A DNA stretch of 64,000 nucleotides from Verrucomicrobiota bacterium (GCA_027622665.1 JAQBYT010000016.1:15203-79202), one strand, 5' to 3'. Counted from the first letter of the stretch, positions 30,036-40,228 are shown. Numbers and translations are program-made. Notes: generated from the letters alone by a model not told the origin.

Positions 30036-31382
30036 TCAGCGGACTGCCATGAACACGTCCTTGATTATTTCGGAGGCGGTCGGGTGCGGGAAAACGATCT
30101 CTTCGATTTCTTTTTCGCGAAGCTCCGTTTCGAGCATTACGGCAGCGCCAAAAATCATTTCGGAACAAGCACCTCCAATCATATGAACACCTAGAAGGCG
30201 GCGCGTACCTTTCTCCACCACGACCTTGCACAAACCGGATTCGTCGGGATGCTCCGCCAAGTAACGGGCGTTGATGCCCATCGGGATTTTTCCCGTAGTC
30301 ACTTTAAGTCCGCGTTCTTCCGCCTGCTCCTTGGTCAGTCCGACCACGGCGACTTCAGGATTGGTATAGATTACAGCCGGGATGGCGTCGTACCTCATGC
30401 GATCTTCTCGACCCGTAAGGTTGTGGACGACCACCTCCGCCATACGACTCGCGGCATGGGCCAACCAAGCTCGTCCCGTGACGTCGCCTGCCGCCCAAAT
30501 ACCCGGAACGTTCGTGGCGCCGCGATCATTTACGCGAATACCACCGCGCTCGTCGACGTCGACTCGCAAATCCTCAAGACCGAGTCCGGATACGTTGGGC
30601 TTACGCCCTGTGGCAACCAGAACAACGTCCCCGGGGACGGACTGAGTTTCTCCGTCGAGCGTAAACTTGACCTCCTTGTCCCCGATCTCATCCACTTTCG
30701 CACCCAGTCGAAAAGTAATGTTTTTCTTTTCCAGTTCCTTACGGAGGACGGAAGCCACTTCGGGATCCACTCCGGGACAAATCTCGGGAAGAGCTTCTAT
30801 AACGGTCACGGGTACACCGACCGAGCCGAACACACATGCAAATTCACAGCCAATCACGCCACCGCCAACAATCACCAACCGCTCGGGCAATTCAGGCAAT
30901 TCTAGAATGCCCGAGGAATCGACCACATGATCTGCATCAATGCCGGGAATAGGAGGTTTGGCAGGAGAAGACCCTGTACAGATCAAGACATTGTCGGCCT
31001 CGTGAGTTTCTCCATCCACCGTAACCGCAGGTCCGGCGGACAGGGTGGCTCGTCCGAAAACAACTTCCACCTTGTGCTTCTTCATAAGACCCGCAATGCC
31101 ATCACGCATCCGATCCATTACCCGATTCTTATGGGCATGGGCCTTGCCCAAGTTGAAACGAACGCCATCGGCTTCCACGCCGAAGATTTCCCCATGCAAG
31201 GTATGGTGGTAGGTTTTCGCGGCCTGCAACAGGGTCTTGGATGGCACGCAACCTTCGTTCAGACAAACTCCACCGAGCTTCTTTCCTTCCACCAAGAGGA
31301 CTTTCAGTCCATTCCCGGCGGCCTTTTTTGCGGCAACGTAACCGGCAGGGCCGGCGCCAATGATAGCCAAATCGTATTTCAC
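30036..31382 (-). CDS. lpdA: Dihydrolipoamide dehydrogenase (E3)
   Basis: IGAGPAGY, GGVCLNEGCVPSK, VGGGVIGCE, AAGDV, FPHPTASE. Confidence 0.95.
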   Translation of the reverse strand: MKYDLAIIGAGPAGYVAAKKAAGNGLKVLLVEGKKLGGVCLNEGCVPSKTLLQAAKTYHHTLHGEIFGVEADGVRFNLGKAHAHKNRVMDRMRDGIAGLMKKHKVEVVFGRATLSAGPAVTVDGETHEADNVLICTGSSPAKPPIPGIDADHVVDSSGILELPELPERLVIVGGGVIGCEFACVFGSVGVPVTVIEALPEICPGVDPEVASVLRKELEKKNITFRLGAKVDEIGDKEVKFTLDGETQSVPGDVVLVATGRKPNVSGLGLEDLRVDVDERGGIRVNDRGATNVPGIWAAGDVTGRAWLAHAASRMAEVVVHNLTGREDRMRYDAIPAVIYTNPEVAVVGLTKEQAEERGLKVTTGKIPMGINARYLAEHPDESGLCKVVVEKGTRRLLGVHMIGGACSEMIFGAAVMLETELREKEIEEIVFPHPTASEIIKDVFMAVR

Positions 31383-32728
31383 TTAGATGATTCTCCTATT
31401 TTGTTTGCGGCGGGATCGCCGGAATAATTTTCCAAAGTCTCGACCAAGTCCTTCAGGAAGCGAGCTGCAGGAGCACCGTCTATGGCTTGGTGATCCATGG
31501 TCAAGCTGAGGGCAATGCTGTCGACAAAATTCACTTCTCCAGTTTCTCCGCGGACAGGACGAATAGAAATGCCGCCCACGCCGAGGATCGCCACCTCGGG
31601 AATATTCAGAACGGGCGTAAAGTGCTCCACTCCCAACATCCCGAGATTGGTCAAGGTGAAGGTGCCGCCGGTCAATTGATCTGGCTGGATGGTGCCTTCC
31701 CGGCATTCCTCGGCCAAGCCACGAATACCAGCGGACAAATTGTCAAGAGACAGGCAACATGCCTTGCTCAAGACAGGAACCATCAGGCCGCGATCGGTGT
31801 CTACGGCGGTTCCTAAACTCACTTTCTCGAAACGAGCTATGCGATCACCCAGGAAATGGGCGTTAAGATCGGGATGTCGCAAAAGAGTGTGGATCAACGC
31901 GTGAGAAATCACGTCATTGAGAGAAACCTTCGGTTCTCCCGATTCCTTGCGAGCCTTGCGAAACGCTTGGGCTGCGGTAACGTCAAAGGCTGCATGCAAA
32001 GTGAGCTGGGCAGTATTCCCCAGAGACTGCATCATACGGTCAGCAATGACCTTACGAATACCCTTCACGGGGACGACCTCGGCGCCATCGATCGATCCCG
32101 GTTCTCGCATGTCGGAAGCCAAGGCCATGCCGGACAAACCTCCTCCATGGACGGGTGGTTCCAGTCCACCTTCGCGGGCAAGCGCCGAGGCGGATGCGCT
32201 CAGTCGCGGCGTGCCCTCCAATGCTCCTTGCACGTCCCGCTCGATAACGCGTCCGCCGGGTCCTGTTCCAAGAAGAGAATCCGGATCAATACCCGATCGC
32301 ATGGCAAGTTGTCGCGCCCGTGGGCTGACACCTGCAACCGACCCCTCAGCCGCCGACACGGGAGAAGCAACGGTCCCGACCGAAGCGGCGGGAACCGAGG
32401 TTTCCGAAATCGCAGGACTGGAGGTAGAATCTACCGAAGGTCCGGATGAGGCAGCTTCCGTTACAGGCCTAAAACCGGACGCATCCTCACCCTCATCTCC
32501 GATCACCGTGACGTTTGCGAGAACGGGAACGTCGTCGTCGGCTTCCCAAAACAAATCAAGAACCGTACCGGCAACAGGAGATTCCAGATCAAAACTCGCC
32601 TTGTCCGTCTCAATGACGGCGAGCACCGAGCCTTCCTCCACTTGATCACCCGGAGCGACCTTCCATTCGGTCAAGATACAACTTTCCACCGACTGACCTT
32701 GTCGAGGCATAATAACAGGAGTAGCCAT
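31379..32728 (-). CDS. Dihydrolipoamide acyltransferase (E2)
   Basis: Lipoyl domain IETDKA; subunit-binding domain SPRARQLA..GTGPGGRV; GGTFTLTNLG; catalytic DHQAIDGA. Confidence 0.93.
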   Translation of the reverse strand: MATPVIMPRQGQSVESCILTEWKVAPGDQVEEGSVLAVIETDKASFDLESPVAGTVLDLFWEADDDVPVLANVTVIGDEGEDASGFRPVTEAASSGPSVDSTSSPAISETSVPAASVGTVASPVSAAEGSVAGVSPRARQLAMRSGIDPDSLLGTGPGGRVIERDVQGALEGTPRLSASASALAREGGLEPPVHGGGLSGMALASDMREPGSIDGAEVVPVKGIRKVIADRMMQSLGNTAQLTLHAAFDVTAAQAFRKARKESGEPKVSLNDVISHALIHTLLRHPDLNAHFLGDRIARFEKVSLGTAVDTDRGLMVPVLSKACCLSLDNLSAGIRGLAEECREGTIQPDQLTGGTFTLTNLGMLGVEHFTPVLNIPEVAILGVGGISIRPVRGETGEVNFVDSIALSLTMDHQAIDGAPAARFLKDLVETLENYSGDPAANKIGESSK

Positions 32729-32752
32729 ACGTTCGTTCCTTTTCGCTTTGTT

Positions 32753-33508
32753 TTAGGCCAAGCGAACCTTCAAACCCCGCTTGCGCAGAGCTCGGGCAGT
32801 CTTGGCCGGAAAATTTTTGTCACTAATCAAAATGTCAACGCTCTCCAGGTCGCTCACTCGAGCAAAGGAAATCTTTCCCGCCTTCCGAGCATCGGCCAAA
32901 AGAATCACTTGCCGGGCATGCTCTTGAACGAGGGACTTGGTAAAAGCTTCGTTGGGATCCGTCGTGGTGAGACCATCATCGATGGAAAGCCCCATCGTAC
33001 CCATGAAGGCCTTATCCAAACGCACCTGACCGAGGAGGACTCGGGTAAGCGGTCCCACCATGGTTTGACTCAACCGACGAAGTTCGCCGCCGGTAAGAAT
33101 CACCCGAGGACCGGATTCCGCCAACTCCGCCGCGGCTCGAAGAGAATTTGTAACCACCGTAAGATCGGTCCGTCCCGCAAGTAAACGGGCCAGTTCCAGA
33201 ACGGTGCTGCCACCATCGAGGTAAATCGAATCACCTGTACCTATAAGCTTGAAGGCTTCCTCGGCGATTAGGCGCTTTTCCTTTAGAGCGAGGTTCGCCT
33301 TGTCGTCGAACACCTCTTCTTCCAATCGACTCTCCATGCTGACCGCTCCGCCATGCACCCGTCGGATACGCCCCTCTTCCTCCAAGGCTTCCAAATCACG
33401 ACGCACGGTTGCAACCGAAACCTTAAGGTCGGATTTCAAATCCTCGACCCGAGCAACGCCGGCCTTGCGAATGAGGTTTCTCATACGCTCACGCCTTTCG
33501 GGTGCCAA
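32753..33508 (-). CDS. DeoR/GlpR-family transcriptional regulator
   Basis: VSVATVRRDLEALE, RRVHGGA, YLDGGSTV, VVTNS, LTGGELR; start taken at TTG 33508. Confidence 0.93.
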   Translation of the reverse strand: MAPERRERMRNLIRKAGVARVEDLKSDLKVSVATVRRDLEALEEEGRIRRVHGGAVSMESRLEEEVFDDKANLALKEKRLIAEEAFKLIGTGDSIYLDGGSTVLELARLLAGRTDLTVVTNSLRAAAELAESGPRVILTGGELRRLSQTMVGPLTRVLLGQVRLDKAFMGTMGLSIDDGLTTTDPNEAFTKSLVQEHARQVILLADARKAGKISFARVSDLESVDILISDKNFPAKTARALRKRGLKVRLA

Positions 33509-33535
33509 GTCTGCTCTAACTTCAAGAATCACAAA

Positions 33536-33575
33536 TGATTGGTTTTGATCGTTTTTGATCGTTTTTGAAAGAAAA
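33536..33575. promoter_or_regulatory. Putative DeoR-family operator: four phased 10-bp direct repeats
   Basis: TGATTGGTTT TGATCGTTTT TGATCGTTTT TGAAAGAAAA directly upstream of the DeoR gene. Confidence 0.7.
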
Positions 33576-33622
33576 GCAATCAAGAAACCGTAGTTTTTCG
33601 TTACGGAAAAAACGAAAGCCAG

Positions 33623-34831
33623 CTAAATTCGAGAAGAAAGAACCAGTTCCAAAAGTTCGGCCGCGACCTCTTCGGGAGCATCTCTCCAAAGATCGGACAG
33701 GACGGCTTCGGGGTCATCTTGGCCTGTTTCATCACACAGGCATTGCAAAGCGATGGCTACCCCTCGAGCCAGTCGATTGGGTTTCACCCCCGCCTCCGAA
33801 GCAAGCAACATGGAGCCGACCAGACGATCCTCCCAACCAAGTTTGCGAGCCGGATCTCGAGTTACTCGGGCGACCGGATCACGAAGGAAGGGGTTGACCA
33901 TGCGAGTAACCGCATCCTTGGCATAGGCGCGAAAGCCGTCCTCGGTAAAAAGCTCGTCATCCATCTCGCCATACTTGTGCCGCAAACCGATTCCAGATTC
34001 CTCAAGAAAAGCTTCTTGCGCAAAGGCCATGAGGTCTTCGCGCTTGCCTGCCTCGTGCATAAAACCAAGCCCTTGTTCCCGAGCCAAATAACCAAGCAAG
34101 GCATGGTTGGCGTTGTGACCGAGGAATTTAGTGATGGCAAAAGGATCGAGGTCGGGTTTTTCAATGAAGGCGGAAAGTCCGCGCTCAAAGTTCGGCAAGG
34201 TGACTTGGTCGACGAGGATTTCGCTGAAAGACTCGACGAGGAAGGCACGAGGGAAACCGGGAACAATCGGGGCGAGACCTTCGTCGGTAATGCGCACGGG
34301 GTCCGCCACCACGGAACACATCTTGGCAATAACAGTCTCCGAAAACTGGACGCTTTCTCCGAAACCTCCCGGAGCATGACCGAGACAGGCGTCTCGTAGA
34401 CGTAAAGCAGCCCGAGAATCGTTTTCAGCGGCGTAGGTGACGCAGGTCGGCAAGGCAGGATCCGCCATCTTCATAGAAAAACCTTCCGCGAGAAGGGAAG
34501 CGACAGAGGCTTCGCCCACGTCGTACAACGTGAAACTCGGGAGCGCGGTCGCCAATTCGCTCGCCTCGGAAATGGCCCGCACGAGCGCTTCACGATCCTC
34601 ATCCACCAATGGGTTGAGGATTTCCACACCCTCCACGCATATCGTCTCCACCGAAGAGCTCCCCGCAATATTGCAAAAGTAGGTTCCTTCGGCAGCCCGC
34701 AAGGCAGCCACGGATTCGGCATCGATTTCCGAAACGACCAGTCGGGAAAAGTTCCCCGAGCGAAAAGCTTCGGGAAGAAAGAGTCCTCCTTGAATGGCTC
34801 CGAAACCGAAGCCGACGAAAGTGCGGCTCAA
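33623..34831 (-). CDS. Mannitol-1-phosphate/polyol-phosphate dehydrogenase-like (long-chain MtlD family)
   Basis: FVGFGFGAIQGG Rossmann start, YAAEND, KFLGHNANHALLGY, RMVNPFLRDPVARVTRDPARKLGWEDRL. Confidence 0.75.
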   Translation of the reverse strand: MSRTFVGFGFGAIQGGLFLPEAFRSGNFSRLVVSEIDAESVAALRAAEGTYFCNIAGSSSVETICVEGVEILNPLVDEDREALVRAISEASELATALPSFTLYDVGEASVASLLAEGFSMKMADPALPTCVTYAAENDSRAALRLRDACLGHAPGGFGESVQFSETVIAKMCSVVADPVRITDEGLAPIVPGFPRAFLVESFSEILVDQVTLPNFERGLSAFIEKPDLDPFAITKFLGHNANHALLGYLAREQGLGFMHEAGKREDLMAFAQEAFLEESGIGLRHKYGEMDDELFTEDGFRAYAKDAVTRMVNPFLRDPVARVTRDPARKLGWEDRLVGSMLLASEAGVKPNRLARGVAIALQCLCDETGQDDPEAVLSDLWRDAPEEVAAELLELVLSSRI

Positions 34832-34843
34832 GACAAGACTCCC

Positions 34844-36163
34844 CTACTCCGCCGAAACGGCTTTACGAGCATGGGCAAGAACTTCCTCGGGGCCTTGATC
34901 CACGGATAATCCTTCCCCTAGACGGTCCTCACCAAAAGGTTGAAAAGCATGACCGAACTCGGCGAAAAAATCGTTCTTGGCGAAAACGTCGGCGAAGGAG
35001 TTTTTGGCCCATTCGCTGAGGTAGCCCATGCCCATCATACCTTGCAATACGGTGTGAGCATAGAGGATGCGTCCACCTTTGAGAAAAACCGAGCGAAGGG
35101 GATCGAGGGCGGCGGAATCGAAGTCATCGACAAACTTTTGCCCGGGGCCATTCATTTCCGTTCCTCCGATAAGGGGCAACCCGCGTCTCTCGACAAGAGC
35201 GACCACTTCCTGAAGGTTGCGAAGTTTTTCATCGGGAGAACCGGGCGTGTAGTTCCGGTCGGGAATAACGTTGAAGGCAGCCACTCCCGACTCCATCCCG
35301 ATGTCGATCAGCTCCTCGATGGCTTGCTCCCCGGAGGAACAACCATCCAGCCAAGCAAGAGTGGGGATTGCTCCACAAAGCAGGGAAAAACGATTCATGT
35401 CCGACATCTTCGGGAAAGATCCCGTATCGGGCTGAACGTATCCTACGCCACCTCGCTTCATGGTCTTTCCCCGCAGCAAATCGGTCAGACCGCGACCCTC
35501 GGGAAGGTCGACAATGTCCTCGGTTGCTACGCCCAGCTTATCCCCCCAGTATCGGGCCAAGGCTTCGGCATCGGGAAATTGAGACGCGGCCTTCCGAGCG
35601 TAGGCCACGCAAAGGTGACGCTCGGTGGCATTGCCGGCAGGCGTAAGGGGCAAAACGTCGGCATCGTAGTCGAGGATAACCGGAGCGAGGTGCGCATTCA
35701 CGCGATCAACGAGACCACGATTGCGATCGGCGGACGTGTTTCTCATCCCGTCGAGAAAGGTTTGAGCCTCGGCTGGAATGTCGGTCGTGGTGAACCCGGT
35801 TCCCATGTGGTAGCTAATGCCGGGTTCGCCGGGAGAATTGATTTCCCGATCGGCGAACTCAGGCACGAACACTCGAGATTCCACACCCACGGCGCCCTTC
35901 AAGTTGAGCAAGCGACCCGCAGCCAGAAATTCGTCAAGCCCATCCAAGCAATCGAATTCCACGATCCCGGAGGTTTCCAATCCGTGTCGCTTGGCTTCGA
36001 GGGCAAAGTGACTGGGAGAGTATCCCCGATAGTTGTAAGAAAAGAAAGTATGGGCGTGCAGGTTTAAGATTGGCTTCGGTTCGGGAAAGGCTTCTCCGGA
36101 CAAACCTTCGAGGGTTTGGCGTCGAATGGAGGAATCGAAATCGTCGATTGGGTTTTCGGACAT
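34844..36163 (-). CDS. PHP-fold metallo-hydrolase-like protein
   Basis: LNLHAHTFFSY, GIVEFDCLDG, GVESRV, GGTEMN pattern typical of PHP domains. Confidence 0.65.
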   Translation of the reverse strand: MSENPIDDFDSSIRRQTLEGLSGEAFPEPKPILNLHAHTFFSYNYRGYSPSHFALEAKRHGLETSGIVEFDCLDGLDEFLAAGRLLNLKGAVGVESRVFVPEFADREINSPGEPGISYHMGTGFTTTDIPAEAQTFLDGMRNTSADRNRGLVDRVNAHLAPVILDYDADVLPLTPAGNATERHLCVAYARKAASQFPDAEALARYWGDKLGVATEDIVDLPEGRGLTDLLRGKTMKRGGVGYVQPDTGSFPKMSDMNRFSLLCGAIPTLAWLDGCSSGEQAIEELIDIGMESGVAAFNVIPDRNYTPGSPDEKLRNLQEVVALVERRGLPLIGGTEMNGPGQKFVDDFDSAALDPLRSVFLKGGRILYAHTVLQGMMGMGYLSEWAKNSFADVFAKNDFFAEFGHAFQPFGEDRLGEGLSVDQGPEEVLAHARKAVSAE

Positions 36164-36211
36164 ATAGAAAAGTGAGCTGGAAGGATTGAGGAAAAAGAAA
36201 GTGAACGAGGC

Positions 36212-37252
36212 TCAGGTCTCGTCCACACCGACACCGAATTGATCGGCGAGGGCCAAGCATTCGTCAAGACTCTTGACGCCATCGGTACAAGTCGGGTCGG
36301 ACAAGGAAGCGGTCGCGGCGCAGGTACCGGCAAGGAGGGAACGATCCAGTTCCCAATCTTCGTGAATGCCGTATAGCATTCCCGCACAAAAGGCGTCGCC
36401 CGCGCCGGCTGCTCCAGCAACGTAACCTTTGGGCAAGGACAAGGAACCTTGCCATGCTGATTCACCGGAAACCGAACAAGCGTATGCGCCTTCGGGAAAG
36501 TGAATGGCCACCAGTTCGCGAGCTCCCAATTCCATAAGGCGTTCGGCTGTCTCCCTCACCGAGGATTCGTTCAGCTTGTCTCCGTCGCGAACGGAAATGC
36601 CGGTAACCTTGCTCGCCTCGATTTCGTTGAGTATGCAATAGTCGACCTGCTTGAGGGCAGGGCTAACGATTCTCGAGAATCGATCGCTGTCCTCGCTTAC
36701 CACGTCCAAACTAGTCTTTAAACCGGCTTCTCGGGCCATTGCCAATATGCGGGCGCCACGAGTCCCATACTCGGAATCCTCCGCGTCGATGGCATCCAGC
36801 AAAAGCAAATAACCAAGGTGAAAGATCCGGGCGTTGGAAGCGGAAAAGTCGAGGTCGCTTCCAGCCCATTCGGCATTGGCTCCGCGATTATGGAAAAACG
36901 TACGGCGTCCGCCGTTCTTCTCGGTCATCACGTCAGTGTAGGAAGTGGAGGCATTTTGGTTGACCGTGATGAATCGAGGATCGACACCGTGGCGACGGCA
37001 ATCCTCGAGGATAAGCTCCCCAAAGGCGTCCTTACCCACGAAACCGGCGCCTTCGAGCGGGAATGGGGCTCCCATCTTGGCCAGGTCCAACAAGACATTG
37101 TAGGGCGACCCCCCCGAGCCTTGCGACTGGTCGTAAATGTTGGCCAGTTGCTCGTGCTTGGGATAGACGTCGATAATCTTTACTTGGTCTATGATCCAAT
37201 TACCGCCGGCGAGAATGCCTGAGCGGGTTTCCGAAGAGGATTTCGGCTCCAT
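36212..37252 (-). CDS. PfkB/ribokinase-family carbohydrate kinase
   Basis: GGSPYNV, GRRTFFHNRGANA, NEIEA, GAAGAGDAFCAGMLYG; start taken at ATG 37252. Confidence 0.9.
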   Translation of the reverse strand: MEPKSSSETRSGILAGGNWIIDQVKIIDVYPKHEQLANIYDQSQGSGGSPYNVLLDLAKMGAPFPLEGAGFVGKDAFGELILEDCRRHGVDPRFITVNQNASTSYTDVMTEKNGGRRTFFHNRGANAEWAGSDLDFSASNARIFHLGYLLLLDAIDAEDSEYGTRGARILAMAREAGLKTSLDVVSEDSDRFSRIVSPALKQVDYCILNEIEASKVTGISVRDGDKLNESSVRETAERLMELGARELVAIHFPEGAYACSVSGESAWQGSLSLPKGYVAGAAGAGDAFCAGMLYGIHEDWELDRSLLAGTCAATASLSDPTCTDGVKSLDECLALADQFGVGVDET

Positions 37253-37375
37253 GTAGCGTGCGGGGGTTGTTTTAGGATTTGCAGGAAAAAACGATTTTCG
37301 CTTTACCTTTAAGGCGAAAAACGATTCTTCACCTGCATCCCAATTTCCTAAAACTGGCAAGAAAGAAAAGAATAT

Positions 37376-38647
37376 ATGAGCACCGAACTACCTCGTTCCA
37401 TTGATGGCCTGAATACGGTCACGGAAAACGTACGCTCTCATGCGGAAGCAGCTCTGGAAGCCGGCAACGGTCTCCTGCGCCTCGCTCCATGCTGGGTGCC
37501 CCGCTCCTTTTTGCAACCGGGCAAAAGACTGAAGCTCGACCCTAATGACCTCTACGCATTCGGCCTAAATCGAGGCGGCATCGACGAGCGCTGGTTCGGT
37601 TCCACGACCGAGGCGGCCAACGAAGGGCGCGTTCACGACGAAGGCTTCAGCTACGTCGTGCACGACGGCCAACGCTTTACGTTGCGAGACACGGTTGCCG
37701 AGCTGGGAGCCGAGCTTATCGGCGAATCCATCTGGAGCAAATACGGACGCTGGCCCGTGTACTCCAAGTTCTTCGACAACATGGGGCCAATTCCTCATCA
37801 CATGCACCAAAACGCGGAGCAAGCCGCGCTCGTTGGCCAGGAAGGAAAACCCGAGTCCTATTATTTTCCGCCCCAGCACAACAACGTCGGCAATAATTTC
37901 CCCTACACGTTTTTCGGCCTTAACCCCGATACCACCAAGGATCAGGTCCGCCGATGCATCGCCGACTGGAACAAGGGCGACAACGGGATTCTCGACCTCT
38001 CCGCCGCCCAACGCCTCAAACCCGGAACCGGCTGGCTCGTGCCTCCATCCATCCTCCATGCTCCCGGCTCGCTTTGCACTTACGAACCGCAATGGGGTTC
38101 CGACGTATTCGGCATGTACCAAAACCTCGTGGAAGGTCGCGAAGTACCTTGGAGTCTCTTGGTGAAAGACATGCCCGAGGACAAGCACCAGGACATCGAC
38201 TTCATCATCGACCAACTCGACTGGGAAGGAAACGTAGACCCCGATTTCCACAAAAACCATTTCCTTCAACCTATCCCCGTGGCCGACACTTCGGCCGAGG
38301 GATACGTCGATCGCTGGATCGTGTACGGCCGTATCGAGGGCAAGCAGGACTTCAGCGCCAAGGAACTTACGGTAGACCCGGGTTCGTCCTGTACCATCAA
38401 GGACAACGGAGCCTACAGCATGATCGTGGTGCAGGGCGGCGGCAAGATGAACGAACTGGTGCTCGATTGCCCGAAGATGATCGGATTTCGGGAGCTCACT
38501 CGCGACGAGGTTTTCTGTTCGGCGAAAGCCGCCGCGGAAGGCGTTCGCTTCGAGAATTCCTCCCCCACCGAACCTCTCGTAATCCTTCGCTACTTCGGAC
38601 CCGAAGCCAATCCCGACGCTCCCGAAATAGGCGACGCCGCGAAGTAA
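37376..38647 (+). CDS. Cupin-fold mannose-6-phosphate isomerase-like protein
   Basis: SKFFD..PIPHHMHQ, GKPESYYF, ILHAPG, YEPQWGSD resemble class I PMI metal-binding motifs. Confidence 0.65.
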   Translation: MSTELPRSIDGLNTVTENVRSHAEAALEAGNGLLRLAPCWVPRSFLQPGKRLKLDPNDLYAFGLNRGGIDERWFGSTTEAANEGRVHDEGFSYVVHDGQRFTLRDTVAELGAELIGESIWSKYGRWPVYSKFFDNMGPIPHHMHQNAEQAALVGQEGKPESYYFPPQHNNVGNNFPYTFFGLNPDTTKDQVRRCIADWNKGDNGILDLSAAQRLKPGTGWLVPPSILHAPGSLCTYEPQWGSDVFGMYQNLVEGREVPWSLLVKDMPEDKHQDIDFIIDQLDWEGNVDPDFHKNHFLQPIPVADTSAEGYVDRWIVYGRIEGKQDFSAKELTVDPGSSCTIKDNGAYSMIVVQGGGKMNELVLDCPKMIGFRELTRDEVFCSAKAAAEGVRFENSSPTEPLVILRYFGPEANPDAPEIGDAAK

Positions 38648-38663
38648 CAGGCTGAGATTCGGT

Positions 38664-40136
38664 CTAGTCTTCCTCAGCTATCCGCGCCTCAATGGCGGCG
38701 ATCACTCCGTCGAGAGCCTTGATGCGGGCGTATCGCTTGCAGTTGCCCTCGATCACGGTCCAAGGAGCGTAGGAGGTATTGGTGCGTAGAAACATTTCTT
38801 CGGTTGCCTCCTCGTAGAGATCCCACTTTTCCCGGTTGCGCCAGTCCTCTTCGTTGAGTTTCCACTGCTTTGCGGAATCTTTCTCTCGGGCCTTGAACCG
38901 GTTCATCTGCTCGTCCTTGTCGATCTGAAGCCAGAACTTGATCACGACGGCACCGAAATGCCAAAAATTTTCCTCCATCTCGTTTATCTCGCCATAGGCC
39001 CGATTCCAATCGGCCTCGGAGCAAAACCCTTCCACGCGCTCTACGAGCACGCGACCATACCATGAACGATCGAATATGGTAAGGTGACCCGCCTTGGGAA
39101 ACTCCGTCCAGAATCGCCACAAGTAGTGGTGGACTTTCTCTACGTCGTTGGGAGCCGCAATCGGTATCACTTCGTAACCGCGGGGGTCCATCTCCTCGGT
39201 CAAGCGTCGGATATTGCCCCCCTTGCCTCCGGCGTCCCAACCCTCGTAGACGATTACCACGGGAATACGGCGATGGTAGATCTCATCGTGCAACTCGCCA
39301 ATCCGCTTCTGGCGCTTCTCCAGAAGCTTGCGGTATTCATCCCTGTCCAGGCTCAGGGATAGATCCACCCTCTTCAAGCTCGGGGCAGTCGGGAACACGG
39401 GCAAATCCTTTTTCGGGGGAGGACCCTGCTTCGGCACATCCGTCGCCAGAGCAGTCACCCGCTTTCCCAAGACCTTAACCAAACATCGAAGAATACTGGC
39501 GTTGGCGGAAGTCACGTGCTTGGCATCGATCACCTTCCAAGGAGAGGCCGGAAGATCGGTGGCCTCGATTAATCGCTTGGTCGCCTTTTTGTACTGACCA
39601 TACTTGCAATGACGCGCGAGAACTTCGTCGGACACCCGCCAAGCAGTGGCGGGATTCTTGCGAAGCTTGTTCAGACGCTCGGCTTGCTCTTCCTTAGAAA
39701 TATCCAAGAAGAATTTGAAGATGACCGTCCCTCCGTCCTTAAGCTGATTCTCGAAGGCGACGACGTCGTCGAATGCCTTACTCAAGGAATCTTCATCCAA
39801 TTCCTCCGCCACGTAATCGTCCAACAAGGTGCGGTACCAACTCCGATCGAATATGGCCATGCGTTCCGCCGAGGGCGTGCGCCTCCAGAACCGCCAGAGA
39901 AAGGGGCGCAACTGTTCGTCATGATTGGGGGAGGCGATGCATGAGACCTTGAAGCCCCGAGGATCCAGTGGCTGGATCACGCGGTTGATCATGGTGCCCT
40001 TGCCCGCGGCGCTCCAACCCTCGAAAACAATGAGCACGGGAATCCCCAGCTCACGACAACGGCGCTGGAGCAAAGCCAATTCCTGCTCCAGTTCCTCGAT
40101 TTCCCGCTTCAGTGCCTTTTTACCGTTCCCATCCAT
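38664..40136 (-). CDS. pap: Polyphosphate:AMP phosphotransferase (two-domain PPK2)
   Basis: Two PPK2 domains: FEGWSAAGKG..FDRSWY and YEGWDAGGKGG..FDRSWYGRVLVERVEG. Confidence 0.92.
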   Translation of the reverse strand: MDGNGKKALKREIEELEQELALLQRRCRELGIPVLIVFEGWSAAGKGTMINRVIQPLDPRGFKVSCIASPNHDEQLRPFLWRFWRRTPSAERMAIFDRSWYRTLLDDYVAEELDEDSLSKAFDDVVAFENQLKDGGTVIFKFFLDISKEEQAERLNKLRKNPATAWRVSDEVLARHCKYGQYKKATKRLIEATDLPASPWKVIDAKHVTSANASILRCLVKVLGKRVTALATDVPKQGPPPKKDLPVFPTAPSLKRVDLSLSLDRDEYRKLLEKRQKRIGELHDEIYHRRIPVVIVYEGWDAGGKGGNIRRLTEEMDPRGYEVIPIAAPNDVEKVHHYLWRFWTEFPKAGHLTIFDRSWYGRVLVERVEGFCSEADWNRAYGEINEMEENFWHFGAVVIKFWLQIDKDEQMNRFKAREKDSAKQWKLNEEDWRNREKWDLYEEATEEMFLRTNTSYAPWTVIEGNCKRYARIKALDGVIAAIEARIAEED

Positions 40137-40228
40137 AGTATGAAAAGCAGATCAACCACTTAGGACTGGCACACCGACTTTACAACCCGGAAAAAAGAAA
40201 AAAAGAAATTTGCCCAGTTCTTGGAACC

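Noticed and set aside
34940..36067. 375-aa plus-strand ORF
   Set aside because: Antisense shadow of the PHP-like gene.
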